From an uncultured bacterium (GTDB lineage: Bacteria; Actinomycetota; Acidimicrobiia; Spongiisociales; ZC4RG35), in the NCBI GenBank assembly GCA_963785075.1, contig CAWATW010000004.1, positions 338,516-402,515 on the forward strand: DNA of 64,000 nucleotides, written 5' to 3'. This document shows, one piece after another, positions 26,962-35,572 of this stretch. Every line of letters starts with the position of its first letter. Positions within the stretch are counted from its first letter, which is position 1. The position numbers and the translations under genes are program-made. The notes beneath the pieces were generated by a model. That model searched no databases and was not told where the DNA came from. It was given only the letters and a program-made list of their open reading frames with translations.

Positions 26962-28332
26962 TTACCTCCCGACGATGCCCATTCGATTGATCACAGTGTC
27001 GAGCGCCTGATCGACGGTCGTGATGACCCTCGCCGCCGCCTCGTACATCCTCTGGAATTCGATGAGACTCACCATTTCTTCATCAACTGACACGGCGTGA
27101 CTCGAGGACCGGGCGAGGTCGGCGGCCGACGAGAGACCGGCCTGAGTCTCCGACGACATGCGGGCTGTCGCCGATTCCTGTCCCAAGGCCGTCACGAACG
27201 TTCGATACGACTCGAGCAACGACTGCGTGCCTCCGGACGCAGCGAGCGTCGATCGAAGATCGGACAGTCTCTGGGCGTTGGAGCCGTCGAAGGTGGGATA
27301 CGGCGGTCCGGCCGACGATGCCGTCGCCAGATCGGCGGGAGCGGCGATGACCACCCTGAAGGTGGTGGCCGGCGAACCGGCGTCGAACGTCACAAGCGGA
27401 CCACCTGGGGCGCCGGCAGCCGTGAACCCGGCGGCGTGCGTGGTGTTCAAGGCATCGGTGAGATCTCTCACGAAGTCGTCGAGCCGCGTCTTCATCGCCG
27501 GGATGTCCTCGGTGACCGAAAGCTGCAATCCGCGCAGCTCACCGCCGGGGACCAGTGCAACGCCACTGGCGTGAAGCACTTGCCCCGTGCCCTCGTCGTA
27601 GGAGAGTGGACGGGAGGTCGACCCGTTCACGAGTGAGATACCGCCGATCATCACCCTGGCATTGCCGTTGTCTTCGATGGCGACGCTGACGCCGGCGAGC
27701 TCTGACAACCGGTCGAGCAGCATGTCCCGCTGATCCATCAGGTCGTTCGGCGAGCCTGGGGCGGTGGACGCGTCGAGGATCGCCACGTTCAGCTTCGCCA
27801 CCTGATCCAAGGCGTTGTTGATCTCTTGGACGGTCGAACGGATCGAGACCACACCGTCCTGTCGAAGGGAGTCCAGCCCAGTACCCACAGCCGCTACGCG
27901 CCCGGTGAGTGCACCGAGTTGTTCGATCACGGCCACACGGGAGGCTTCGTCGGAGGGGTTGAGGGCGAGATCTTCGAAGGCGTCGAACACCGATCCGAGT
28001 TCCGCGGTGACGCCCATCTCAGGCTCGGCCAAGATCTGTTCGGCCCGGTCGAAGAACGAGGCACGCGCCTCGATGTTGTGCCGTGCCGAGACACTCGACC
28101 GATACCGTGCGTCCAGAAAGGTGTCACGCACCCGGTTGATGTCAGTCACCTTCACTCCCAATCCGACCTGACCGTTGGGGGTCATTCGGGGATACCTCGA
28201 CGCCATGTCGACACGCTGGCGGGTGTATCCGGCAGTGTTGGCGTTCGACACATTGTGGCTGGCGGTGTCCATGGCGAGCTGGGCCGCTCGCAGTCCGCTG
28301 AGCGCAACATGCAGCGCCGAGAAGTCTGCCAT
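26962..28332 (-). CDS. flgK: flagellar hook-associated protein 1 FlgK
   Basis: MADFSALHVALSGLRAAQLAMDTASHNVSNANTAGYTRQRV.. and C-term ..SVDEEMVSLIEFQRMYEAAARVITTVDQALDTVINRMG. Confidence 0.85.
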   Translation of the reverse strand: MADFSALHVALSGLRAAQLAMDTASHNVSNANTAGYTRQRVDMASRYPRMTPNGQVGLGVKVTDINRVRDTFLDARYRSSVSARHNIEARASFFDRAEQILAEPEMGVTAELGSVFDAFEDLALNPSDEASRVAVIEQLGALTGRVAAVGTGLDSLRQDGVVSIRSTVQEINNALDQVAKLNVAILDASTAPGSPNDLMDQRDMLLDRLSELAGVSVAIEDNGNARVMIGGISLVNGSTSRPLSYDEGTGQVLHASGVALVPGGELRGLQLSVTEDIPAMKTRLDDFVRDLTDALNTTHAAGFTAAGAPGGPLVTFDAGSPATTFRVVIAAPADLATASSAGPPYPTFDGSNAQRLSDLRSTLAASGGTQSLLESYRTFVTALGQESATARMSSETQAGLSSAADLARSSSHAVSVDEEMVSLIEFQRMYEAAARVITTVDQALDTVINRMGIVGR

Positions 28333-28844
28333 CAGAGCACCTCATCGATGTGGGTGGGAAGAACGGCAGTCTGGCGACCACGAGTTCCGCTTGGTGTGTA
28401 CGTGCCTGCGTCCTGGGTCCCCAGCAACGTTCCGAGCGTGTCTGAGAGGCTCTGTACTGCAAGCCCGGCAAGACGTCGATTGTCGAGCGAGGCCTGTTCG
28501 ATCTCGGTCGTGAGACGTCGGAAGTGATCCTGATGCTCCTGGAACATGGTTCGAAAGGGCTCGGGTGACCAACCGACGAGGAACTTCATGGTGATTCGGT
28601 CTTCTGGTTCGCCGATGGCATCCGCCAGTCGTTGCACCGCAACCCGACGATGACCCTCTCCGAACCGCACGCGGTCGACGATCGCTTCCACCTCGCGCAT
28701 CGCCTGCGGAAGGAAACGCGCCTCGTCAGCCGCAAGTACGAGGCGCGCCTCGATCAGCTTGAAGAGAAGATGCTCGAGCAGCTGACGCTCGGCGTGAAGC
28801 GTCTCAGCGAGCTCGGCCAGCTGTTGGCGGTAGGCGATGCTCAT
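28332..28844 (-). CDS. flgN: flagellar export chaperone FlgN-family protein
   Basis: Position upstream of flgK as in B. subtilis, FlgN-like helical sequence. Alternative start at 28853. Confidence 0.6.
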   Translation of the reverse strand: MSIAYRQQLAELAETLHAERQLLEHLLFKLIEARLVLAADEARFLPQAMREVEAIVDRVRFGEGHRRVAVQRLADAIGEPEDRITMKFLVGWSPEPFRTMFQEHQDHFRRLTTEIEQASLDNRRLAGLAVQSLSDTLGTLLGTQDAGTYTPSGTRGRQTAVLPTHIDEVL

Positions 28845-28901
28845 CGTCAGCATCCTGTCGGCTCTCGAATTGGTGAATAAAGGCTTCGAGAGGGTTTCTG
28901 T

Positions 28902-29525
28902 ATGACCCGAGGATGGTCACTTCCCCTCGCCGACTGCACAGCTATCGTCGGGGGGGTGACGCGCGTTCTTCCCGATGACCCGGTGGAGCTCAAGAACCTG
29001 CTGGATGCAGCTCTCGACGAGCTCGAACGACTGAAACTCACCTTGGAGGTTGTCGGCACCACCGATCTCGATGCAGGGATCCTCAACCGAACGGGTGTCC
29101 TGGAGTCATTGGAACGGGGTCGAAGATGGATGGCGCGCCGCGGCGACATCTACGGGTTGGTCGTCGTGCGGTTCCCCATGCTCCGGCGACTGGATCCCAC
29201 CGACGCCGGCGACCTCGACTTGATCCAGCACCTCGCAGCGACGATCGGGGCCGGCGTCCGCGAGGTCGACGAAGTGGGGCGCATCGACGACCTCACCTAC
29301 GCGGCCACCCTGCAAGACCTGAAGCCAGGCACGATTCGGGTCGTGGTCGATCGCGTCCAGACCCTGCTCTCCAAGACACTCATGTCGATGCCGGATCTCG
29401 GCCATTTCAAGCTGGGTGCGGTCGAAGTGCTCAACGCCGGCCACACATCGGGCACGGTCCTCGAGGCGGCCATTCGGATATCGGACCAGGCGTCCATCGA
29501 CAATCACCGAGTCGGTCAGCTGTAG
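28902..29525 (+). CDS. degenerate GGDEF-domain protein (GGEEF replaced by RIDDL), probably catalytically inactive
   Basis: ..DAGILNRTGV..GLVVVRFPMLRRLD..LDLIQHLAATIG..EVGRIDDLTYAATLQD..VVDRVQTLL..KLGAVEVLN.. follows the GGDEF domain architecture with a degenerate active site. Confidence 0.45.
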   Translation: MTRGWSLPLADCTAIVGGVTRVLPDDPVELKNLLDAALDELERLKLTLEVVGTTDLDAGILNRTGVLESLERGRRWMARRGDIYGLVVVRFPMLRRLDPTDAGDLDLIQHLAATIGAGVREVDEVGRIDDLTYAATLQDLKPGTIRVVVDRVQTLLSKTLMSMPDLGHFKLGAVEVLNAGHTSGTVLEAAIRISDQASIDNHRVGQL

Positions 29526-29613
29526 GTCCAGGACCGGCCGGCGCCCTTCGCCGGCACCGGCACGAAGATGTGGCCACTTCAGCGTCGGCCGCCGCGGCCG
29601 ACAGGAAGCCTCG

Positions 29614-29859
29614 ATGATCAGATTGCATCGCATCCGTGGCGAGGAGTTCTTCCTCAATGCCGACCTGGTCGAGAGCGTGGAAAACACGCCCGACACGGTC
29701 CTCACGCTCTTCGACGGGCGCAAGATCGTGGTCCACGAAAGCGCCGAAGAGGTGGCTGAACTCATCACCACATACCGGGCATCGGTGCTACGACTCGCAG
29801 ACGCCGTTCGAAGTGGTGAGCGGAACCTGGTGGCGTTCCCCGGCGGGCGCGAAGACTGA
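29614..29859 (+). CDS. flbD: flagellar protein FlbD
   Basis: MIRLHRIRGEEFFLNADLVESVENTPDTVLTLFDGRKIVVHESAEEVAELITTYRASVL, compare Bacillus/Borrelia FlbD MIKLTRLNGQEFYLNPDLIE..TPDTVITL.NGKK..V.ES..E.. Confidence 0.7.
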   Translation: MIRLHRIRGEEFFLNADLVESVENTPDTVLTLFDGRKIVVHESAEEVAELITTYRASVLRLADAVRSGERNLVAFPGGRED

Positions 29860-29915
29860 CCTCGAATTCGAACACCTCGCCCCCTGAGATGTCGCGGCCA
29901 GTCGCAGGCCGGGTG

Positions 29916-31427
29916 TCAGTGCTCTTCAGGTCGCATGGTCGGAAACAGGATCACGTCGCGGATGTGCGACTGGTCGGTGAGAAGCATCACCACCCGGTCG
30001 ATTCCGATCCCGAGACCGCCTGTGGGTGGCATCCCGTATTCGAGAGCCCGCAGAAAGGCTTCATCCACGACATGCGCCTCTTCGTCGCCGGCGTCCTTGG
30101 CTGCCGCCTGAGCCACGAATCGCTCCCGCTGGTCGATGGGATCGTTGAGCTCGGAATATGCATTGCCGTACTCCGATCCTGCGATGAACAGCTCGAAGCG
30201 CTCGGTCAGCGACGGGTCGTCCCGGTGGCGACGCGCCAGTGGTGAGACCTCGACCGGATGGTCCAGCACGAACACCGGATCCCAGATCGTGTGCTCCACC
30301 AGGTGGTCGAACATGGCCTCGACGATCTTCCCAGGTCCCCAGACGGGGTCGACCTCGACACCGTGACGTTCGGCCAGATCGGCCAGCCCATCACCGGGCG
30401 GCCAGATCGGCTCCCCGATCACCTCTGACACCAGGTCGACGAGTCGAGCCCGCCGGAACGGCGGCGTGAGGTCGATCATCCGGCCCTGATACTCGAAGGT
30501 GGTGGAACCGTGGATGGTGGTGGCGATCGCAGCGAAGATCTCCTCGACCATCGTCATGATGTCGTGGTAGTCGGCGTAGGCCTCGTACGACTCGAGCATC
30601 GTGAACTCCGGATTGTGGGTCCCATCGACGCCTTCGTTGCGGAAGATCCTGCCGATCTCGAACACCTTCTCGAGGCCGCCGACGATCAGCATCTTGAGCG
30701 GGAGCTCGGTGGCGATTCGGAGGTACATGTCGAGATCGAGTGCGTTGTGATGGGTCTCGAACGGCTTGGCGAGCGCTCCACCCGCCTCGGCGAGCAACAC
30801 CGGGGTTTCGACTTCGATGTACCCCCTCGACTCGAACTGCCGCCTCATCTCCGAGACGATCCGCGATCGGGCGACAGCTACATCCCGCGATTGCGGGTTG
30901 ACGATGAGATCCAGATATCGACGCCGCGAGCGCGTCTCGACGTCCGCCAGGCCATGCCACTTCTCGGGTAGCGGGCGCAGGCCTTTGGCAAGCAGAAGGA
31001 AGTCCGTCACGCGCACGCTGAGCTCTCCCTTGCGGGTGGTGACCACCTCCCCGGTCGCACCGACCGTGTCGCCGACGTCGAGGGCATCGAACTCGTCGAG
31101 GCGATCGGACAGCGTGTCTCGCTGGGCCATCAGCTGGATGCGACCCGACCCGTCCTGGATCGTGGCGAACACGAGCTTTCCGAAGCTCCGATGGAGCATG
31201 ATCCGCCCTGCCACCGTGACCTCCAAACCGGTGGAGGCACCTGCGTCCAGGCTCGCGAATCGTTCCCGCACATCGGCGGTCAGATCGGTTCGCCGGAACC
31301 CGACGGGATATGGGTCGACACCCGAAGCCTCGAGCTCACTCACCTTGTCGAGCCGCCGGGCGGTGAGGATGTGCTCTTCGAGGCCTGAACCTTCGTGATC
31401 GGATTCTGACGCTTCGGTGTCTGACAT
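29916..31427 (-). CDS. lysS: lysine--tRNA ligase (class II)
   Basis: N-terminal OB-fold anticodon-binding domain, class II motifs (..FRNEGVDGTHNPEFTMLE.., ..GGLGIGIDRVVMLL..). Confidence 0.92.
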   Translation of the reverse strand: MSDTEASESDHEGSGLEEHILTARRLDKVSELEASGVDPYPVGFRRTDLTADVRERFASLDAGASTGLEVTVAGRIMLHRSFGKLVFATIQDGSGRIQLMAQRDTLSDRLDEFDALDVGDTVGATGEVVTTRKGELSVRVTDFLLLAKGLRPLPEKWHGLADVETRSRRRYLDLIVNPQSRDVAVARSRIVSEMRRQFESRGYIEVETPVLLAEAGGALAKPFETHHNALDLDMYLRIATELPLKMLIVGGLEKVFEIGRIFRNEGVDGTHNPEFTMLESYEAYADYHDIMTMVEEIFAAIATTIHGSTTFEYQGRMIDLTPPFRRARLVDLVSEVIGEPIWPPGDGLADLAERHGVEVDPVWGPGKIVEAMFDHLVEHTIWDPVFVLDHPVEVSPLARRHRDDPSLTERFELFIAGSEYGNAYSELNDPIDQRERFVAQAAAKDAGDEEAHVVDEAFLRALEYGMPPTGGLGIGIDRVVMLLTDQSHIRDVILFPTMRPEEH

Positions 31428-31463
31428 GCGTGGCTGGCACTTTGGACGGTCGGCCGCCGCGGT

Positions 31464-32228
31464 TCAAGTCGAATTGCGTTCGTAGATGAGCCGCAGACCT
31501 CTCAATGTCAGATCCTCGTCGACCTGGGACACCGACTCGACGAGCGGAGCGATGACATCGGCCAGCCCACCGGTCGCAACTATCGGGGTCTCCGGCGGCA
31601 GCTCGTGTTCGGCGCAGAAGCGCCTCACGAGACCATCGACGAGACCGGCGAATCCGTAGGTGAGACCAGCCTGCATCGCCTCGACCGTGCTCCGGCCGAC
31701 GGCGTGACGCGGGACCGCCAGCTCAACGCGTCTGAGCGCCGACGTCGCCTCGACCAACGCCTCAGCGGCGACGCGAACTCCGGGAGCGATTGCGCCACCC
31801 TGGTAGGCGCCGGAAGACCCGACGAGATCCACCGTGGTGGCCGTTCCGAAGTCCACCGTTATCACCGGTGCCCCATACCGCTCGATGGCGCCAACGGCGT
31901 TGGCGATTCGATCTGCCCCCACCTCCCGTGGATTGTCGACCGAGATCTGCAAACCCGTCTTCGTGCCAGGCCCCACCACGACGACTTCGTCGCCGATCAT
32001 GCGCCGCAATGTGGCCCGCAACACCTCGGTCGTGGCCGGGACCACACTTGCGACGGCGGCGCCTGTCACGGCGGGAGCGTCACCGGCGACCAGGCCGTCG
32101 AGCATCAACTCGAACTCGTCGGTGGTGCGATCGACGGTTGTGATCCTCCAACGACGAATCAGACGCTGGTCGTCGAACATCCCGAACACGGAGGTGCTGT
32201 TCCCGATGTCGGCGACCAGAAGCATCAC
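31464..32228 (-). CDS. coaX: type III pantothenate kinase
   Basis: MMLLVADIGNSTSVFGMF.. and ..PVITVDFGTATTVDLV.. ASKHA fold. Confidence 0.85.
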   Translation of the reverse strand: MMLLVADIGNSTSVFGMFDDQRLIRRWRITTVDRTTDEFELMLDGLVAGDAPAVTGAAVASVVPATTEVLRATLRRMIGDEVVVVGPGTKTGLQISVDNPREVGADRIANAVGAIERYGAPVITVDFGTATTVDLVGSSGAYQGGAIAPGVRVAAEALVEATSALRRVELAVPRHAVGRSTVEAMQAGLTYGFAGLVDGLVRRFCAEHELPPETPIVATGGLADVIAPLVESVSQVDEDLTLRGLRLIYERNST

Positions 32229-33097
32229 TCCGCGTCCTTCGGGAAGATGCCGCGGTCTGGCCGGAACCGTCCCTCGACGACGTCGAAGGCCACGTTGTCG
32301 ATCAGTCTCGTCGCCCCGACCCGGGCGGCGACGGCCAGGAAGGCGGGGCGATCGAGATGGTCGAGTTTCGAGGCGTCCGACTGTGATGCCAGCTCGACAT
32401 AGTCGACCGCATCCACCTCGTGCAGGTGGGCTCGAGCTGCCGATTCGAGCGCGCTCGCCGTTCGCTCGCCGCCATCGACGAGGTCGGCGGCCGCCATCAG
32501 GCCACGCGAAAGACCCAGCGCATGGCGGCGCTCCTCGTCGGACAGGAAGACGTTGCGGCTGCTCAGCGCCAATCCGTCGGCATCACGAACCGTCGAACAC
32601 GGCACCACCTCGACCGGGAAGTCGAGATCGGCGACCATCGTCGAAATCACCGCCACCTGCTGGGCATCCTTCCGGCCGAAGAAGGCCAGGTCGGGCTGGA
32701 GCCCTGCCAGCAGCTTCGCAACCACGGTGGCCACGCCGGAGAAATGGCCTGGACGGTTGGGGCCTTCCATGCGATCAACGACCCCGCTCACCGACACCGT
32801 CGTCCTCGGGGATCGCGGATACATCACCTCGACCGCGGGCACGAACGCCACGTCCACCCCCGCCTGCCGGCACATCTCCAGATCGGCCTCGACGGGCCGC
32901 GGGTATCGGTCGAGGTCTCCCGAGTCGTCGAACTGGAGCGGATTGACGAAGATCGACACCGTCAAGGTGTCGACCCGTGCTCTGGCGGCATCGAGCAGCG
33001 ACCGGTGTCCGGCGTGAAGGGCACCCATCGTCGGCACCAGGCCCACCGTTCCCCGGTGCTCGGCCCGGGCTTCGTCGAACGTCCCGACCAACATCAC
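32225..33097 (-). CDS. panC: pantoate--beta-alanine ligase
   Basis: ..GLVPTMGALHAGHRSLL.. HIGH-type motif, ..FVNPLQF.. Confidence 0.9.
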   Translation of the reverse strand: MMLVGTFDEARAEHRGTVGLVPTMGALHAGHRSLLDAARARVDTLTVSIFVNPLQFDDSGDLDRYPRPVEADLEMCRQAGVDVAFVPAVEVMYPRSPRTTVSVSGVVDRMEGPNRPGHFSGVATVVAKLLAGLQPDLAFFGRKDAQQVAVISTMVADLDFPVEVVPCSTVRDADGLALSSRNVFLSDEERRHALGLSRGLMAAADLVDGGERTASALESAARAHLHEVDAVDYVELASQSDASKLDHLDRPAFLAVAARVGATRLIDNVAFDVVEGRFRPDRGIFPKDAE

Positions 33098-33915
33098 GAT
33101 CGGGACCTGAGCAACAGGTCGAACACCTCGTAGTGGCGCGTGAGGCGGGCTGTGGCATCCACCATCGATGCGTAGACGGGTGCCAGAACCGGTGATGCTG
33201 CCTCGACGGCATCGAGCTGGCCCGCAACCGTGCCGACATCTCCCCGGGCGATGGGACCGGTCAGCGCGTCCATGGCGCCCAGCTCGTAGCCGTTGGCAAC
33301 CGACGTGTTCGTGAGGGCACGATATGCCTCGGGTGGCACGCCGGCCAAGGAGCCGAGCTGCGAAGCAAGGACGAGTGAGGCGTTCACGAAGTTGGATGCG
33401 GCCGCGGCGGCGGCGTGATGCAACGGTTTCAGGCTGTCTTCGAGGTCGAGCGGGGTCATGCCGATCGACGTGGCCAGACCCCGGAGGACTTCCAGGGTCG
33501 ACGGATCACCCGTGAGCGCCGCGAACGAACCACGCAGTGACCACGACCCTGAGTCCGGATCCGGCAGACTCTGCACCGGGTGAAACGATCCGATGCCCAG
33601 GTCCGTGGATCGAAGCGGCGAGAGAGCTTCGACCGTTGTGAAACCGCTGAGATGACAAACGTGCCGCACCGACTCGATCCTGCCGACGAGCTCTTGGCCA
33701 ACCGACTCGATTGCGTCGTCACGGACCGCCACGAGAACCAGATCTGCGGATGGGAGCGGCCCGCTCACCAGCGGAATCTCGCCGAGTGGCGCCGGAACGA
33801 AGCCCGAGGGGCCGACGACGATTCCGACGAGTTCGTGTCCCGCTCGCTGTGCGGCGAGGGCGAGTGACCCTCCAGCCCGCCCGGGCCCGACTACCACTAT
33901 CCGCAGCGCTCTCAT
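33094..33915 (-). CDS. Rossmann-fold protein, DUF2520-like, commonly next to panC in Actinobacteria
   Basis: MRALRIVVVGPGRAGGSL.. dinucleotide-binding N-terminus. Start set at 33915. Confidence 0.5.
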   Translation of the reverse strand: MRALRIVVVGPGRAGGSLALAAQRAGHELVGIVVGPSGFVPAPLGEIPLVSGPLPSADLVLVAVRDDAIESVGQELVGRIESVRHVCHLSGFTTVEALSPLRSTDLGIGSFHPVQSLPDPDSGSWSLRGSFAALTGDPSTLEVLRGLATSIGMTPLDLEDSLKPLHHAAAAAASNFVNASLVLASQLGSLAGVPPEAYRALTNTSVANGYELGAMDALTGPIARGDVGTVAGQLDAVEAASPVLAPVYASMVDATARLTRHYEVFDLLLRSRS

Positions 33916-33941
33916 ATCTTCGCACGAGCGTAGTGAGCGCA

Positions 33942-34634
33942 ATGCAACCGGAGGTAGTCGTGGACATCGAGGGCAGGAGCTTCCTCATCGCGGGCGCATC
34001 AGGCGGGCTCGGTGGCGCCATTGCAACCGAGCTCGAGGGGCGAGGCGCCCACCTCGTGCTCACCGGTCGCGATCGAGAACGGCTGGCAACGGTCCCGGTC
34101 GAGGCAGAACGGTTCACCATCGATCTACGGCTCCCGGAAGCGGCCGCTCAGGCCGTCGGACGGGCACATGCCGTCCACGGGCGCCTCGATGGCGTGATCA
34201 ATGCGGCGGGAGTCGTCGCCTTCGGGTGGTCCGCCGCCACCGACCCGGACACCGTCGAGGAGCTCTTCCTCACGAACACGTTCCTCCCGATCTTCCTGTT
34301 CGACGCTGCCGCGAGCGCGATGTCGGGGGGCGGGGTGCTCGTGAACCTCAGCGGCGTCGTCGCAGAGCGTCCGACGGCCGGCATGGCCGCCTATTCCGCA
34401 TCGAAGGCGGCGATCGCCGCCCACCTGGTGGCACTGCGCAAGGAACTCAGACGACGGAACATCGCCGTCGTCGATGCCCGTCCCGGGCACACCGAAACCG
34501 ACTTGTCACGCCACCCGATCGCCGGGTCCGCTCCCCGACTGGGCGACGGCATCGACCCGGCCGCGGTGGCGCGTCGTATCGCCGATGCCATCGTGGCCGA
34601 CGAGGAAGACCTGGGTCCAGACGCCTTCGGGTGA
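33942..34634 (+). CDS. short-chain dehydrogenase/reductase (SDR)
   Basis: ..FLIAGASGGLGGAIA.. is the TGxxxGxG motif. ..AYSASKAAIAAH.. is the YxxxK motif. Confidence 0.8.
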   Translation: MQPEVVVDIEGRSFLIAGASGGLGGAIATELEGRGAHLVLTGRDRERLATVPVEAERFTIDLRLPEAAAQAVGRAHAVHGRLDGVINAAGVVAFGWSAATDPDTVEELFLTNTFLPIFLFDAAASAMSGGGVLVNLSGVVAERPTAGMAAYSASKAAIAAHLVALRKELRRRNIAVVDARPGHTETDLSRHPIAGSAPRLGDGIDPAAVARRIADAIVADEEDLGPDAFG

Positions 34635-34654
34635 ACGGCGCCGTCAACCGGCCG

Positions 34655-34984
34655 TCACCACTCCTCCACGGGCTCCTGCTGCTCCAGCCACTGCGCATCC
34701 ATGCGCGCACGCATGTCGCGGTAGGAGTCGCGTCGCTTCCAGAACTTCGTCTTCCACACCTTGAACCGACGGCTCTGCACGGGCACCTGTTCGAGCGGTT
34801 CGTGTTCGTGCGTCCGCTTCACCTGCGGCAATGGGTCGAGCTCATCGGGATCCGCAAGAGTATGCAACATCTGGTTTGCGGTGTGGCGAGCACGACGGTG
34901 CTCGAGCCTGCGCTCTTCACGGCTGGGACGGACGTCGTCGTAGCCGCGGTTGACGGTGCGGTTTTCACGGGATCGGCGGGCCAT
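34655..34984 (-). CDS. hypothetical highly charged small protein
   Basis: ORF only (MARRSRENRTV..FKVWKTKFWKRRDSYRDMRARMDAQWLEQQEPVEEW). No family recognised. Confidence 0.25.
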   Translation of the reverse strand: MARRSRENRTVNRGYDDVRPSREERRLEHRRARHTANQMLHTLADPDELDPLPQVKRTHEHEPLEQVPVQSRRFKVWKTKFWKRRDSYRDMRARMDAQWLEQQEPVEEW

Positions 34985-35106
34985 GGACACTCCTGGGATC
35001 GACGTTGGTGGACCTGGTCGACGGTCACTCGATCGGAGGAGCTCGCTCCATCTCTGACAACGTACCACCTCCGGTCACCGTATGAAGGGTCCATCGTCAC
35101 CGACTA

Positions 35107-35180
35107 CCCCCGGACGGGTTTTCGCGCACAAAAGGTGCGCTATTCACGCATTTCGTGCGCGAAAACACGATCCCGTCTCC
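35107..35180. repeat. copy 1 of a ~70-bp hairpin-containing direct repeat (17-bp arm gacgggttttcgcgcac ... gtgcgcgaaaac[acgat]cccgtc)
   Basis: About 97% identical to 36575-36643. The right arm is interrupted by a 5-nt insertion. Inner palindrome gcgcac-aaaag-gtgcgc. Confidence 0.7.
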
Positions 35181-35193
35181 TGCTGATACCGTG

Positions 35194-35207
35194 GTACTAC
35201 GTAGTAC
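35194..35207. promoter_or_regulatory. perfect 14-bp palindrome GTACTACGTAGTAC 42 bp upstream of padR, nested in the ccgtggt..accacgg inverted repeat; candidate PadR operator
   Basis: Directly read. PadR-family proteins autoregulate through palindromic operators. Confidence 0.4.
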
Positions 35208-35248
35208 GTATTACACTCCAGACCACGGTAGACAACCCGGGAGGAGAG

Positions 35249-35572
35249 ATGGATACGACCCAGGTACTCAAAGGGGTGCTGGACACCGCCGTGCTTGCAG
35301 TTCTGGCGAAGGCGAGCACATATGGCTACGACCTCGTCCGCCAGCTGCGTGAAGCGGGGCTCGAGGATGTTGGGGATGCATCCGTCTACGGGACGCTGCG
35401 ACGACTCTTCTCAGGTGGCTACCTGACGTCCGAGATCGTTCCCTCGGACGAGGGGCCTGCCCGCAAGTACTACGGCATCAACGCCGCCGGCCGCGACCTG
35501 CTCGCTCGCTCGACCAAGACGTGGAACCACCTGTCGAGTGTGATGAACGATCTGTTGGAGGAAGTCGCATGA
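35249..35572 (+). CDS. PadR-family transcriptional regulator
   Basis: ..LKGVLDTAVLAVLAKASTYGYDLVRQLREAGL..DASVYGTLRRLFSGGYLTSEIVPSDEGPARKYYGINAAGRDLL.. is the winged-HTH PadR signature. GGGAGGAG RBS. Confidence 0.85.
   Translation: MDTTQVLKGVLDTAVLAVLAKASTYGYDLVRQLREAGLEDVGDASVYGTLRRLFSGGYLTSEIVPSDEGPARKYYGINAAGRDLLARSTKTWNHLSSVMNDLLEEVA

Noticed and set aside
33711-34634. Long 307-aa version of the SDR gene
   Set aside because: The N-terminal 77 aa are Arg-rich junk overlapping the divergent DUF2520-like gene. The ATG at 33942 gives a normal SDR N-terminus.
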